Shown: positions 1 through 8,588 of the stretch, piece by piece
Position numbering within the stretch: the stretch's first letter is position 1
How the letters are laid out: the number at the start of each line of letters is the position of its first letter
NCBI GenBank assembly: GCA_964202055.1
Contig: CAXNGS010000005.1
Coordinates: forward strand, 14,978-78,977
Direction of reading: 5' to 3'
Origin: Bdellovibrionota bacterium
GTDB taxonomy: Bacteria > Bdellovibrionota > UBA2428
Length of the DNA: 64,000 bases
Position numbers and translations under genes: made by a program
The notes under the pieces: model-generated
Told to the model about the DNA's origin: nothing
The model's database searches: none
The model's input: the letters and a program-made list of their open reading frames with translations, nothing else

Positions 1-1
1 T

Positions 2-1216
2 ACAAATTTCTTTTCATTAAGCCTCTTCCTAACGGATCCAAAGGATCAGGGCAGAATCGGGCCGATCATTGCATTGTTTAATCGCAAGGGTGAGGCCATA
101 CGAATGTCAGCACTTCAGCCAGTGGGGCATTATGATAAATATTTTGAGGGATATGACGGCATTGCTTTTTCGGAGCCAGGATCAGACGGAGAGATCAAAT
201 CCTTGTTCATCACCCCTCAAAAGGTCATTTATCGCAGTAAAGATTTACTTGGAAATACCTCGACCATGGTTGACCTTACTAAATTGAGTTATCCGCATCA
301 TGACTTTGAATATGATAGTGAGTCGGATTCAATTTTCTATCTAGGCAGTGTTTCAAAATCATTTCAACCTATCAAAGTCCCTTGGTTTGATGAGTGGAGT
401 TTGGGTAAGTGGCTGATGAACTACTCGCGAATATTTTTTCGATCCGTTTCGGTTATAGGAAGTACAGTTCGAAAGTTTGACCTTAGAACCGAGAAGGATG
501 CTGTAGTGTGGGATCCATTTAATTTTTTTTCACCTACTAAAAATATATCTCGGTATTCATCGGATTATTTGGAGTTGTTAGATACAACTTCGAAAAATTC
601 TGGGAATGCTTCAACAATTAGGTTTGATTGGATGCATGCAAATTCGATTTTTAGAGATCAGAATAAAGGTCATCTGATATCCATTCGAAATTTTTCAAAA
701 TTAGTTTACACCAGCCCTGATTTTAAAAAAATTCTGTGGACGATTGGGCCAGATAAAACAGACACTTTTCAATTTGAAACTCCTGAAGCCTATTTTTCTT
801 CACAACACGATGCGAGCATCAACTCGAGGGGAAATATACTGCTATTTGACAATCAAAGAATTGGATTGGGTAGTGTAGGCGCTAAACCAAAAAGTCGAAT
901 CTTAGAAATAAAGTTGGATCAAAAAAGTCATTTGGCTTCAATTGTTTGGGAATTTTCTCTTAATAACATTTACAGTCCGTTTCGAGGTTCCGCAGAAGTT
1001 CTTAAAAATGGAAATATATTAGGTCTTTTTTCAAGAACCAATAATAAGTTTGATGATCTCTTGGTAGAAATTGATTATCAATCCAAAAAAGTGAAAGCAA
1101 AACTTAAAATCCCCGAAGATCTAAGGCGGAATGATAAAATTAGATCCATGGATTCTATGGGCAAAGATCAATTCCTTGGAAGAAATATTAATGAACTAGC
1201 CTTTTCTGTGAATTAA
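2..1216 (+). CDS. Arylsulfotransferase (ASST)-like beta-propeller protein, 5' end outside window
   Basis: The frame is open from position 2 (the TTG at 74 is only the first alternative start). Motifs DWMHANSIFRDQNKGHLISIRNFSKLVYTSPDFKKILWTIGP and SSQHDASINSRGNILLFDN fit the Arylsulfotran/Arylsulfotran_2 pattern (H.NS...g.liS.R / QHDA....g.i.LFDN). The gene is markedly AT-richer than the rest of the window. Confidence 0.5.
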   Translation, partial: TNFFSLSLFLTDPKDQGRIGPIIALFNRKGEAIRMSALQPVGHYDKYFEGYDGIAFSEPGSDGEIKSLFITPQKVIYRSKDLLGNTSTMVDLTKLSYPHHDFEYDSESDSIFYLGSVSKSFQPIKVPWFDEWSLGKWLMNYSRIFFRSVSVIGSTVRKFDLRTEKDAVVWDPFNFFSPTKNISRYSSDYLELLDTTSKNSGNASTIRFDWMHANSIFRDQNKGHLISIRNFSKLVYTSPDFKKILWTIGPDKTDTFQFETPEAYFSSQHDASINSRGNILLFDNQRIGLGSVGAKPKSRILEIKLDQKSHLASIVWEFSLNNIYSPFRGSAEVLKNGNILGLFSRTNNKFDDLLVEIDYQSKKVKAKLKIPEDLRRNDKIRSMDSMGKDQFLGRNINELAFSVN

Positions 1217-1319
1217 ATATGCCATTGATCCTTGCACAAGTCGTGTTTTGTTAATGTTCTCGAAACTAACGCCGGATTGAAGCGAATAACGCATTGGCCT
1301 GTCTTATGGTACCCGCACC

Positions 1320-1337
1320 AAATGGACCTGGTCCATT
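1320..1337. promoter_or_regulatory. Perfect 18-bp palindrome (AATGGACC|TGGTCCATT-like 9+9) upstream of the permease operon
   Basis: aaatggacctggtccatt is read directly; it lies about 75 bp upstream of the 1412 start codon. Confidence 0.3.
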
Positions 1338-1411
1338 GCTCTTCAAGTCCTTTTCCCGGCTCACAGTTTAGTTTTTGCTAAGTCCCTGATTGAGCTTTAG
1401 GCTATCCCCAG

Positions 1412-2332
1412 ATGTTTTCTTTTTTGGGTCGTCGATTTTTGCAGGCATTGCCAGTTGCCGCCCTCACCACCACTCTGGTGTTTTTTTTAATCCACTTGGT
1501 TCCCGGAGATCCGGTAGCCATCATGCTGGGCGATGCATCGAATGCTGCTGACCGCGCTAACCTGACACGAATTCTTGGACTCGATCAACCGCTCTTTAAG
1601 CAATACTACACATTTCTAGCGCATATTTTTTCTGGCTCATGGGGAACTTCGCTGACCTATGATCGCTCGGTCATCGAATTGATTTACGAGCGGTTTTTTC
1701 CAACTCTGCATCTCACCATTTGCGCGTTGGTGGTTTCACTTTTCATCAGCATTCCCCTGGGCGTTATTGCCGCCACTCAGCGCGGAAAGTTTTTTGATTT
1801 TTTCAGTGTTGGATTCTCGCTGCTAGCCGCGAGCATTCCGAATTTTGTGCTCGCTCCGATTGCGGTTTTGATTTTTTCGGTGCAATTGGGATTCTTTCAC
1901 GTCTCTGGCTACCAAAGTGCTGGAGATTTAATTTTGCCAAGCCTTTGCTTGGGGCTGGGGGTGTCGGGATATTTCACGCGAATAGTGAGAACCGCCACGC
2001 TCGAAGTGCTCCATGAAGATTACATTCTCACCGCGCGCTCCAAAGGACTCAGCGAAATTAATGTTTTGCTGAAACACGTTTTAAAAAACGCCAGCATTCC
2101 GCTGATCACGGTGATCGGCGGCGCCTTTGGCGGACTTTTAGCGGGGGCGGTGGTTACCGAAACTTTGTTTGATTGGCCCGGGATTGGCCGGCTTTTTTTT
2201 AATGCTTTCCAGGCCCGTGATTATCCATTGGTTCAGGGCATCGTGCTTTGGGTTTCTTTTAGTTTTTTAATCATTAACATTTTGGTCGACTTGGCTTATT
2301 CGTGGGTTGATCGAAGGGTTCAGAGGAACTGA
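1412..2332 (+). CDS. ABC transporter permease, DppB/OppB family (peptide/muropeptide type)
   Basis: It is multi-TM and the C-terminal signature ...GIGRLFFNAFQARDYPLVQGIVLWVSFSFLIINILVDLAYSWVDRRV is typical of DppB/OppB. Confidence 0.85.
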   Translation: MFSFLGRRFLQALPVAALTTTLVFFLIHLVPGDPVAIMLGDASNAADRANLTRILGLDQPLFKQYYTFLAHIFSGSWGTSLTYDRSVIELIYERFFPTLHLTICALVVSLFISIPLGVIAATQRGKFFDFFSVGFSLLAASIPNFVLAPIAVLIFSVQLGFFHVSGYQSAGDLILPSLCLGLGVSGYFTRIVRTATLEVLHEDYILTARSKGLSEINVLLKHVLKNASIPLITVIGGAFGGLLAGAVVTETLFDWPGIGRLFFNAFQARDYPLVQGIVLWVSFSFLIINILVDLAYSWVDRRVQRN

Positions 2333-2334
2333 CC

Positions 2335-3153
2335 ATGAATCGATGGGGAATGTATATTGGATGCGGACTGAGTTTGCTTTTATTATTCCTAGCGATTTTT
2401 GCGCCATGGATCAGCCCCTCAGATCCGCTTGCTCAAAATTTAGCGATGCAATTTGCGGGACCGACCTGGCAACACCCGCTCGGCAATGGTGTAAATGGTG
2501 TTGATTTACTCTCTCAGCTTTTTTGGGGAGCCCGAGTTTCGATGATCGTTGGCTTTGTGACGGTGATCTTCTCCGGAGCCCTTGGTTTGTTTTTAGGATC
2601 GATTGCTGGATATTTTCGCGGCACACTTGAAAGCATAATCATGAGAATCATCGATGCACTTTATGCTTTTCCTGGAATTTTATTAGTGGTGGCACTTGCG
2701 AGCGTTTTGGGTCCGGGCCTAAAAAACATGATCATCGTGATGACGGTCACCACTTGGGCTGGGTATGCGAGGCTGGCTCGCGGCAGCACTTTGCGCTTGC
2801 GCGAAGAAGAATTTATTTTGGCTGCCAAAGCTCAAGGCGCGTCCCATTTTCGGATTATTTTTAAACATCTCTGGCCTAATCTTTTACCGCTTCTGCTTGT
2901 GCAAATGAGTTTTGGCTTGGGCAGCGCAATCATGACCGAAAGCACCCTAAGTTTTCTTGGACTCGGAGCACCACCAGAAACCGTGAGCTGGGGTCAAATG
3001 ATCAATCAGGGTCGCGAGCTTTTATTGGTCGCCCCCCGGCTGGTCATAGTGCCCGGAAGTGCCTTAGTTTTGGCGGTCTTGGGCTTAAACCTTTTCGGTG
3101 ACAGCTTGAGAGATTTACTGGATCCGAGGAAAATAGAAGATCGAGGGACGTAA
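2335..3153 (+). CDS. ABC transporter permease, DppC/OppC family
   Basis: The start is 3 nt after the upstream stop, and the C-terminus LGLNLFGDSLRDLLDPR is typical of DppC/OppC. Confidence 0.85.
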   Translation: MNRWGMYIGCGLSLLLLFLAIFAPWISPSDPLAQNLAMQFAGPTWQHPLGNGVNGVDLLSQLFWGARVSMIVGFVTVIFSGALGLFLGSIAGYFRGTLESIIMRIIDALYAFPGILLVVALASVLGPGLKNMIIVMTVTTWAGYARLARGSTLRLREEEFILAAKAQGASHFRIIFKHLWPNLLPLLLVQMSFGLGSAIMTESTLSFLGLGAPPETVSWGQMINQGRELLLVAPRLVIVPGSALVLAVLGLNLFGDSLRDLLDPRKIEDRGT

Positions 3154-3154
3154 G

Positions 3155-4297
3155 ATGGCAGTCGATCGCGACGAGATACATAGAAAATTAGCCCAACTTT
3201 TTATTGTTGGGATTCCGAGCACCAAGCTCGATGGCAATTCATTGCACGCTTTAATGCGAATGGGCGTCGGTGGCGTAATTTTATTCAAACAAAATTACGA
3301 AAGCCCCGAGCAATTAATTGAACTGACCAATGCACTTCAAAAAAACGTGCAAACTTCAAGCTTCGAAAATCTTCCACTGTGGATTGCGGTCGACCAAGAG
3401 GGCGGACGAGTTCAAAGATTCAAGGAGCCTTTCACCATTTTGCCGCCGCTTGAAACACTCGGAAAAATCAATTCCCCGAAAACTTGCTTTGAAGCCGGAT
3501 TCATCGTGGCCCAAGAATTGCGCTCGGTCGGCGTGAATTTAAACTTCGCCCCGGTGATCGACGTACGCCAAACCGAAGCACCAGTCATTGGCGATCGTTC
3601 GTTTTCGCGCGACGCTCAAGTCGTAGCCAATCTTGGATCAGCCCTGATTCGCGGCCAACAAAAAGGCGGCGTGCTTTCGGTTGCTAAACATTTTCCGGGT
3701 CACGGCGGAGCCACCGTTGATTCCCATGAAGATTTGCCCAAAGTCGAAAAAACTCCTGAGCAATTCGAAGAATTAGACTGGCAACCCTTTCGCCGCGCGG
3801 TTCGTTCACGAGTCGAAGGTATCATGACCGCGCACATTTTGTGCCCCAACCTTGACCCCGGGAAACCCGCAACTCTTTCGCGAAAAATTTTGCAGGACAT
3901 TCTTCGTAAAGACATTCGATTTAATAAGTTGATTTTTTCCGATGACATGGAAATGGGCGCGATTGCCAAACATTTCTCGCCTAAAGAAGCTTCGTTTATG
4001 GCCATTGAAGCCGGATGCGATCATTTGATTTATGGCCACAAATTAGAAATGGCCGAAGAAGCACTAGAAAATTTAACAACTGCTTTTGTCGACGGCGCAC
4101 TTCCGATGTCGCGACTCGAGGAAAGCCTGGAAAGAATTCGCGATGCAAAGCGTCGATTAATTATGCCTTATCGTCCGGCTAAAGCCGACAAAGCAAAAGA
4201 GATCATTTCTCATCCTGAGTTTCGAAAAATTTCCGAAGCGATTGCGCGTGGCGAAGCGGTTGACGCGGGGCCTTCTGATATGGAAATATTTTCTTAA
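3155..4297 (+). CDS. nagZ: Beta-N-acetylhexosaminidase NagZ (glycoside hydrolase family 3)
   Basis: Motifs GVGGVILF, WIAVDQEGGRVQRF and KHFPGHGGATVDSHEDLP match GH3/NagZ. The ATG lies 2 nt after the permease stop, indicating translational coupling. Confidence 0.8.
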   Translation: MAVDRDEIHRKLAQLFIVGIPSTKLDGNSLHALMRMGVGGVILFKQNYESPEQLIELTNALQKNVQTSSFENLPLWIAVDQEGGRVQRFKEPFTILPPLETLGKINSPKTCFEAGFIVAQELRSVGVNLNFAPVIDVRQTEAPVIGDRSFSRDAQVVANLGSALIRGQQKGGVLSVAKHFPGHGGATVDSHEDLPKVEKTPEQFEELDWQPFRRAVRSRVEGIMTAHILCPNLDPGKPATLSRKILQDILRKDIRFNKLIFSDDMEMGAIAKHFSPKEASFMAIEAGCDHLIYGHKLEMAEEALENLTTAFVDGALPMSRLEESLERIRDAKRRLIMPYRPAKADKAKEIISHPEFRKISEAIARGEAVDAGPSDMEIFS

Positions 4298-4378
4298 ATC
4301 TCCTTAATTTAGTGTCAATATTTTGATTTTCTACAAAATCAGTTTAGATTTTTTTCCTCAGCAAGAGGAAGGGGATCT

Positions 4379-5812
4379 ATGAACTTAACATCTAGAAAAT
4401 CTATTTACCTGAGCGCCATCGCAGCCTGCTCGTCACTAACTGTACCGGCTTACTCGCAATTTTTTACCGAGGAAGCGCAAGCCGAGCCATCTACTTTAAT
4501 TGTTAAATACGCACCGGGGGTTTTCGCTAACCCGATGACTCGTGATCGTGAAATTCAAAATTTCGTTTCTTCAAACGAAGTTCGAACCTTGGGTCACCTT
4601 GGTTCATTGGTTGATTTGCCCGAGCGAACACAACTTGTTCGCTTCTCTTCAAATTTGGATCCTCAAGCTGCTGCCGACGCTCTCAGCCGCAACCAAGCCA
4701 TCGAATGGGCTGAGCCAAACTACTATTTGTACCCGATCGGCAACGTGGTTGCTCCGATGCGAAGCTTGCCCAACGTTTTAGAAACGATCGGCAACTTTGA
4801 TTTGTTCGATGACGACAGCAATGCTGGCGGCCCCAGAAAAGCCGGCCCGAATCCTCCGGTTCAAAATCCGCCGGAACTTCCGGGAACGCGGATCACCGAT
4901 CCTCGGATGAACGAAACTTGGGGCATCAAGATGGTTCAAGCTCCAGAAGCTTGGACAATCTCTCCAGGTAATCGCAAAGTGGTCGTTGCCGACATCGACA
5001 CCGGCGTTGATTACAACCACGAAGATTTGATCAACAATATGTGGACCAATCCGAATCCGACCAAAGGCGACGTTCGAGGTTACGACTTCGCTGACAACGA
5101 CTCCTTCCCCTTTGACGATCACGGTCACGGAACGCACACCAGTGGAACCATCGGCGCTACTGGCGGTAATGGAATCGGCGTGTCTGGCGTTTCTCAAGAC
5201 GTTTCGATCATGGCGGTTCGATTCTTGGGCGGCGGATACGGAACCACTGCCAATGCGATTTTGTCGATCGACTACGCAACTCAGAACGGTGCTCGCATCA
5301 TGAGCAACAGCTGGGGCGGAGGCGGACGCAGCCAAGCTTTGGAAGACGCCGTTTTGCGCGCCGCTAAAGCCGACATTTTATTCGTCGCAGCAGCCGGAAA
5401 CGATTCTTCAGACAATGATGTGAAGCCAAGCTATCCAGCAGCGATCACTCACCCGAATATGTTGACGGTCGCCGCTACTACTAATGTGGACGGACTATCC
5501 AGCTTCTCCAATTTCGGAAAGACCACTGTTCATGTGGGCGCTCCCGGAAGCCAAGTTTTGAGCACAGTTGTTGGCAACCAATACAAAGCCTACAGCGGAA
5601 CTTCGATGGCGTGCCCGCACGTCGCCGGAATCGCTGCCTTGATTTTGTCGGTCAACCCGAAACTCCATGCGACCGAAGTAAAGCAAATTATTATGGATTC
5701 AGTTGACCAGATCCCCGCGCTAAAAGGTATAACTGTAACTGGGGGTCGTGTGAACGCGAAGAAGGCCCTCGAAAGGGCGCGCGGGCTTGGATCCTTTAGT
5801 TTCGACATTTAA
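4379..5812 (+). CDS. Secreted subtilisin-like serine protease (peptidase S8) with N-terminal propeptide
   Basis: It has a signal peptide and the catalytic motifs DIDTGVDYNHEDL (Asp), HGHGTHTSGTIGA (His) and GTSMACPHVAGIAALI (Ser). Confidence 0.9.
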   Translation: MNLTSRKSIYLSAIAACSSLTVPAYSQFFTEEAQAEPSTLIVKYAPGVFANPMTRDREIQNFVSSNEVRTLGHLGSLVDLPERTQLVRFSSNLDPQAAADALSRNQAIEWAEPNYYLYPIGNVVAPMRSLPNVLETIGNFDLFDDDSNAGGPRKAGPNPPVQNPPELPGTRITDPRMNETWGIKMVQAPEAWTISPGNRKVVVADIDTGVDYNHEDLINNMWTNPNPTKGDVRGYDFADNDSFPFDDHGHGTHTSGTIGATGGNGIGVSGVSQDVSIMAVRFLGGGYGTTANAILSIDYATQNGARIMSNSWGGGGRSQALEDAVLRAAKADILFVAAAGNDSSDNDVKPSYPAAITHPNMLTVAATTNVDGLSSFSNFGKTTVHVGAPGSQVLSTVVGNQYKAYSGTSMACPHVAGIAALILSVNPKLHATEVKQIIMDSVDQIPALKGITVTGGRVNAKKALERARGLGSFSFDI

Positions 5813-7124
5813 TCGCAAAAGACTTTTTGCAATTGGGACCCCAGAGGAGTGCCGCGCACTCTCCTGGGGTTTTCGTCAATTAGGGACCCAGTCTTCGTCC
5901 CCCGAAATCACTGAAGCTTCGCTCTCCGACCTAAGAGCCGCCGCGAGCGAAGCTGATTTTTTAGTCTGCTTTGTCGATCTTGGGCAGCCGGTTCCAGTGA
6001 ACGCGCTGCTAGAAATTTCCAAGCAAATTCCCGGGGTGATCATTTTCACCCAACCCACTCCGACTCAACTCTTAAGTGTTTTTCAACTCTCACAATGGAC
6101 TGCTGTCACCTGGGATGGAAGCTCCCCGGATCATCTTTGCTTACAAGTCACAAAAGTTTTGTCGGACGCTGGCTCCTTGCTTCGTGAAAAAACCTTGATT
6201 CGCGAAGCGACTAAAATCGTCCGCGAAACCTCTCGAACTCCGTCCTTTGTCGAATGGATCAATGCTCCCATTTCAAGAAAAGCTTCGACTGAATTTTCAC
6301 TCAATCCTCACCAAATTTCGATCACCATTGGGGCTGATAACTCGAAATCTCATTTTGAAATTCCGTCAGCCACCAGCGGGCCGCTCTTGGAATTAAAATT
6401 CGTTAATGATCGCTGGATTCCTCGTGCGATCGACCCCGGGGTTGTTTTGCCGCCCAATGCCCAGCAAGAAGGTTTGCGGGCCGGCGACATTATTAAAATT
6501 GGCGAAATCATTCTTGCGCTGCGACCCAATCATGAAATTCAACGGCTCTCGCAAGTGATTCATCAATCAACGCCAACTGAAGCCGCTGATTTAGAATCCC
6601 TTAAAGAAATCACTAATCTTGAGGATTACCTGCAAAATTTATTAACTCGTTCAGCAACCGGCGAATTACAAATCGGAAGTGGATTAAAGCGCGCCAGCAT
6701 TTTTCTCCACAACGGCAGCCTGGACCAAGTTTTTGCAGGACCGGTTTCTGGAGACAAAGCCCTCGAAAGAATTCTGACTTGGAGCAAACCTATCTGGAAA
6801 TTTAGATCCGGTGACTTTTCGTTGAGCGATCAACCCTCGCTTAAGATTCAATCGACTGACTTTTCCATTTTTTGCGTGCAAGTGCGCCGAAATTGGTCGC
6901 GAATTTCTGCGTTAGTTCCGCCGATGAACATCAATGTCGACGTGGATCCTTCGAAATTTTCGCGATTGTCGAGCGTGACTCCCACCCAAAGCCGGGTCTT
7001 AGCGGCAGTCAGCGAATTTCGATTGGTCCGTGATGTTTTAAATTATTGTCCGCTTAGAGATTTAGAGATCTACGACGAATTAATCAGCTTCCGAAAATCG
7101 GGGCTGATTAGAATTTCAAAATAA
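5787..7124 (+). CDS. Hypothetical cytoplasmic regulatory-like protein (degenerate receiver-like N-terminus, possible FHA-like middle region)
   Basis: It is a long ORF with a TTG start overlapping the protease 3' end. FLVCFVDLGQPVP resembles a receiver acidic pocket, and GDIIKIGEIILALRP together with ITIGADNSKSHFEIP is loosely FHA-like. I recognised no firm family. Confidence 0.45.
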   Translation: MDPLVSTFNRKRLFAIGTPEECRALSWGFRQLGTQSSSPEITEASLSDLRAAASEADFLVCFVDLGQPVPVNALLEISKQIPGVIIFTQPTPTQLLSVFQLSQWTAVTWDGSSPDHLCLQVTKVLSDAGSLLREKTLIREATKIVRETSRTPSFVEWINAPISRKASTEFSLNPHQISITIGADNSKSHFEIPSATSGPLLELKFVNDRWIPRAIDPGVVLPPNAQQEGLRAGDIIKIGEIILALRPNHEIQRLSQVIHQSTPTEAADLESLKEITNLEDYLQNLLTRSATGELQIGSGLKRASIFLHNGSLDQVFAGPVSGDKALERILTWSKPIWKFRSGDFSLSDQPSLKIQSTDFSIFCVQVRRNWSRISALVPPMNINVDVDPSKFSRLSSVTPTQSRVLAAVSEFRLVRDVLNYCPLRDLEIYDELISFRKSGLIRISK

Positions 7125-7137
7125 AAGGGGTTTTTTT

Positions 7138-7770
7138 ATGTCCATGTTAGATCGCTACAAAAAAAGTTCGGCTGCACTTATGGAGTTGGTGAAATTAATT
7201 GAAGATTCGCCAGAGCCAAAACGCAGCACGCTTTTGAAAATGATTCGAACCGAAGACGCAACTTTTGCCGCGCGGGTAGAAGTGCGGGTGATCGATTGGG
7301 TAAAATTTCGGGGCTTTGACCCGGGGATTTTAGCCGAAGCCCTGGTCACCTCTCCATCCAAGATCATTGCGATGGCATTACAAGGCGAAGATGATGCCTT
7401 TATTAAAATGGCCGAGCGTTGCCTAGGGAATAAATTCTCTGAATATAAGCAAGAAAAAGACGCCTACAAAACAACTCCGCCGACTGCCGGCCAAATCGAT
7501 GTGGCTCGTAAAAAAATCATTTCCGAAGCCCGAAAACTGGAAACCGACGGCGCAATCAAGATGATGGATTATGAAAAAATCGATGCCAACATTCCTGGCG
7601 CTGGAGGATCTGGCAATGAGTTAAAGTCCGAAGGCGGATCCACCTCAGGCTCTGCCAAAGAAGATGATGGAGTTCCTGAAGTTGAGTCTTTTGGAATGGA
7701 ACCGCCAACCGCGGGACTGGTCGGCGAGCGGCTGGAAGTATATTTGAAGAAGGAATTGGGAATCGCTTAA
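7138..7770 (+). CDS. Hypothetical protein (acidic/Gly-rich C-terminal tail)
   Basis: This ORF lies 13 nt after the previous gene and has a good coding look. No family was recognised. Confidence 0.5.
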   Translation: MSMLDRYKKSSAALMELVKLIEDSPEPKRSTLLKMIRTEDATFAARVEVRVIDWVKFRGFDPGILAEALVTSPSKIIAMALQGEDDAFIKMAERCLGNKFSEYKQEKDAYKTTPPTAGQIDVARKKIISEARKLETDGAIKMMDYEKIDANIPGAGGSGNELKSEGGSTSGSAKEDDGVPEVESFGMEPPTAGLVGERLEVYLKKELGIA

Positions 7771-7796
7771 TTCACTCTTAATTTTTGAAATAAAAA

Positions 7797-7830
7797 AACC
7801 CCGCGAGCTCTAAAGCCCGCGGGGTTTTTA
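7797..7830. terminator. Bidirectional intrinsic terminator between convergent genes
   Basis: The hairpin aaccccgcgagc-tctaaa-gcccgcggggtt is a 10-bp GC stem with one mismatch, flanked by A-run and T-run (aaaaaaa...ttttta). Confidence 0.7.
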
Positions 7831-7849
7831 TTTTAGTTAATTTGTTTAT

Positions 7850-8464
7850 CTAGAAAACTAAGCCAACCAAAAGGTCAACAGCCATGGTCTTCACACTGGT
7901 CGTGGAAGAAGTGTCAAGATCAGTAAAACCGTAGCGAACTCGTCCTTCAGCAACCAACTTCATCATGCCCAAAGGAATGCCAACGCCCACGCCACCGATC
8001 GCGCCGAAAGAAGAGGCAGCATAAATAGTGTCTGAGAGGGGAACGGCTATGTTCAAAACTTCCGTGCCAGCAGAAACGATGGTTGAAGTCACATCACCGA
8101 AACCGTAGTTCCAATATCCGCCGCCGGAAATCCACATAACTCCAAGCAAAGAAAACTTCGCCATGACGGGAACCAAAATGCTGTTCATCGCAACTTCGCC
8201 ATAATTGTCCGAATCAGCACCGATTCGAGTTTTGTTAGCGACGTAAAACACATCGGCTTCTACGCCAATCGGGCCCATCCCGAAATCTGCGCTCACGCCA
8301 CCCATGTAACCATAGGACGGAATCGATCCAGTCACCGCGTCTGTGCGATCCAAGCTCACACCCAAGCCGCCCTTAACGCCGAAATTCACCATCGCCGACG
8401 CGGTTTGCGATGCAAACACTAAAGTTGATACCACTACTAGTGATAAAATTTTAAATTTTTTCAT
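7850..8464 (-). CDS. Outer-membrane beta-barrel protein (OmpA-like/porin_2 type small OMP)
   Basis: It has a signal peptide (MKKFKILSLVVVSTLVFASQTASA), alternating amphipathic Gly/aromatic-rich strands and a C-terminal F. Confidence 0.7.
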   Translation of the reverse strand: MKKFKILSLVVVSTLVFASQTASAMVNFGVKGGLGVSLDRTDAVTGSIPSYGYMGGVSADFGMGPIGVEADVFYVANKTRIGADSDNYGEVAMNSILVPVMAKFSLLGVMWISGGGYWNYGFGDVTSTIVSAGTEVLNIAVPLSDTIYAASSFGAIGGVGVGIPLGMMKLVAEGRVRYGFTDLDTSSTTSVKTMAVDLLVGLVF

Positions 8465-8588
8465 AAAGATATTGCCTCCGTTACTTTAAATTCTAGAGGA
8501 CTTCTCCAAAAAGCCCATGGGCGCAGCAACAAAAAATTGCCTCTGATAGCCGGGTGACGAATTCGCCCTTTTTCGACACTCTTTTATA

